Assembly: GCA_964389655.1 (NCBI GenBank)
Contig: CAYMED010000018.1
Span: forward strand, 1-58,721
Origin: an uncultured Candidatus Poseidoniales archaeon
GTDB lineage: Archaea > Thermoplasmatota > Poseidoniia > Poseidoniales > CAYMED01
DNA length: 58,721 nucleotides
Direction of reading: 5' to 3'
This document shows positions 58,590-58,721 of the stretch, one piece after another. A model generated the notes under the pieces. That model was given only the letters and a program-made list of their open reading frames with translations, was not told the DNA's origin and made no database searches. Position 1 is the stretch's first letter, and each line of letters starts with the position of its first letter. Both the position numbers and the translations under genes were made by a program.

Positions 58590-58721
58590 GGTTCTATCAG
58601 TAATGTCCACAATTGCCAACTCAGCATGTAATCTGCTGCTGAAACTCCTACGGAGGGTTTACTCAGCAATCCTTTGATTTGAGAATCGGTCATCTAATCT
58701 GACTGAAGATCTGTACCTCGA

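Noticed and set aside
52557-58721. Classical tRNA-integrated mobile element
   Set aside because: The variable region lies on the 5' side of the minus-strand tRNA; no integrase and no duplicated tRNA 3' end seen
1-58721. CRISPR arrays, rRNA, transposases, defence systems
   Set aside because: No regularly spaced repeats, rRNA signatures or matching protein motifs seen by eye
58454-58721. Minus-strand ORF at the window end
   Set aside because: Overlaps the 57219 gene antisense; too little sequence to support any call

Overview
Core-genome segment of an archaeon, most consistent with Thermoplasmatota Marine Group II (Poseidoniales). This is inferred from archaeal informational genes combined with many bacterial-type metabolic genes and CARDB surface proteins. 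It contains the RNA polymerase operon (rpoH-B-A'-A''-rpl30e, with no nusA after it), purP, pdxS, rps3Ae, panD, thyA-folA, trpS, sepF, psmB-aCPSF1, ribA, DUF106-cmk-cbf5, an archaeosortase, a HEAT/DEAD-box cluster, four tRNAs (Lys-TTT, Pro-TGG, His-GTG, Leu-CAG) and an AT-rich tail of orphan membrane-protein genes (~52.7-58.7 kb). No rRNA, CRISPR array, transposase or integrase was seen. Main unusual observations: (1) a remodelled RNA polymerase, in which RpoH and RpoA'' share an extra ~60-aa N-terminal module (20/41 identical residues), two clamp zinc sites are degenerate, and RpoA' and RpoB carry large insertions; (2) an ~10-kb locus with four divergent COG1340-like coiled-coil paralogs, a KaiC/RAD55-like ATPase, a Roadblock/LC7 protein, a GNAT and a CARDB-TM-zinc-ribbon protein, a candidate scaffold/signalling system; (3) a HemK-BirA fusion; (4) a folA whose conserved N-terminus has no canonical start codon; (5) a PdaD homolog lacking its Ser-Ser cleavage site; (6) a 20-aa sORF with a structured leader; (7) S3Ae with a SAP-like tail. 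All family assignments come from motif recognition, not database searches.
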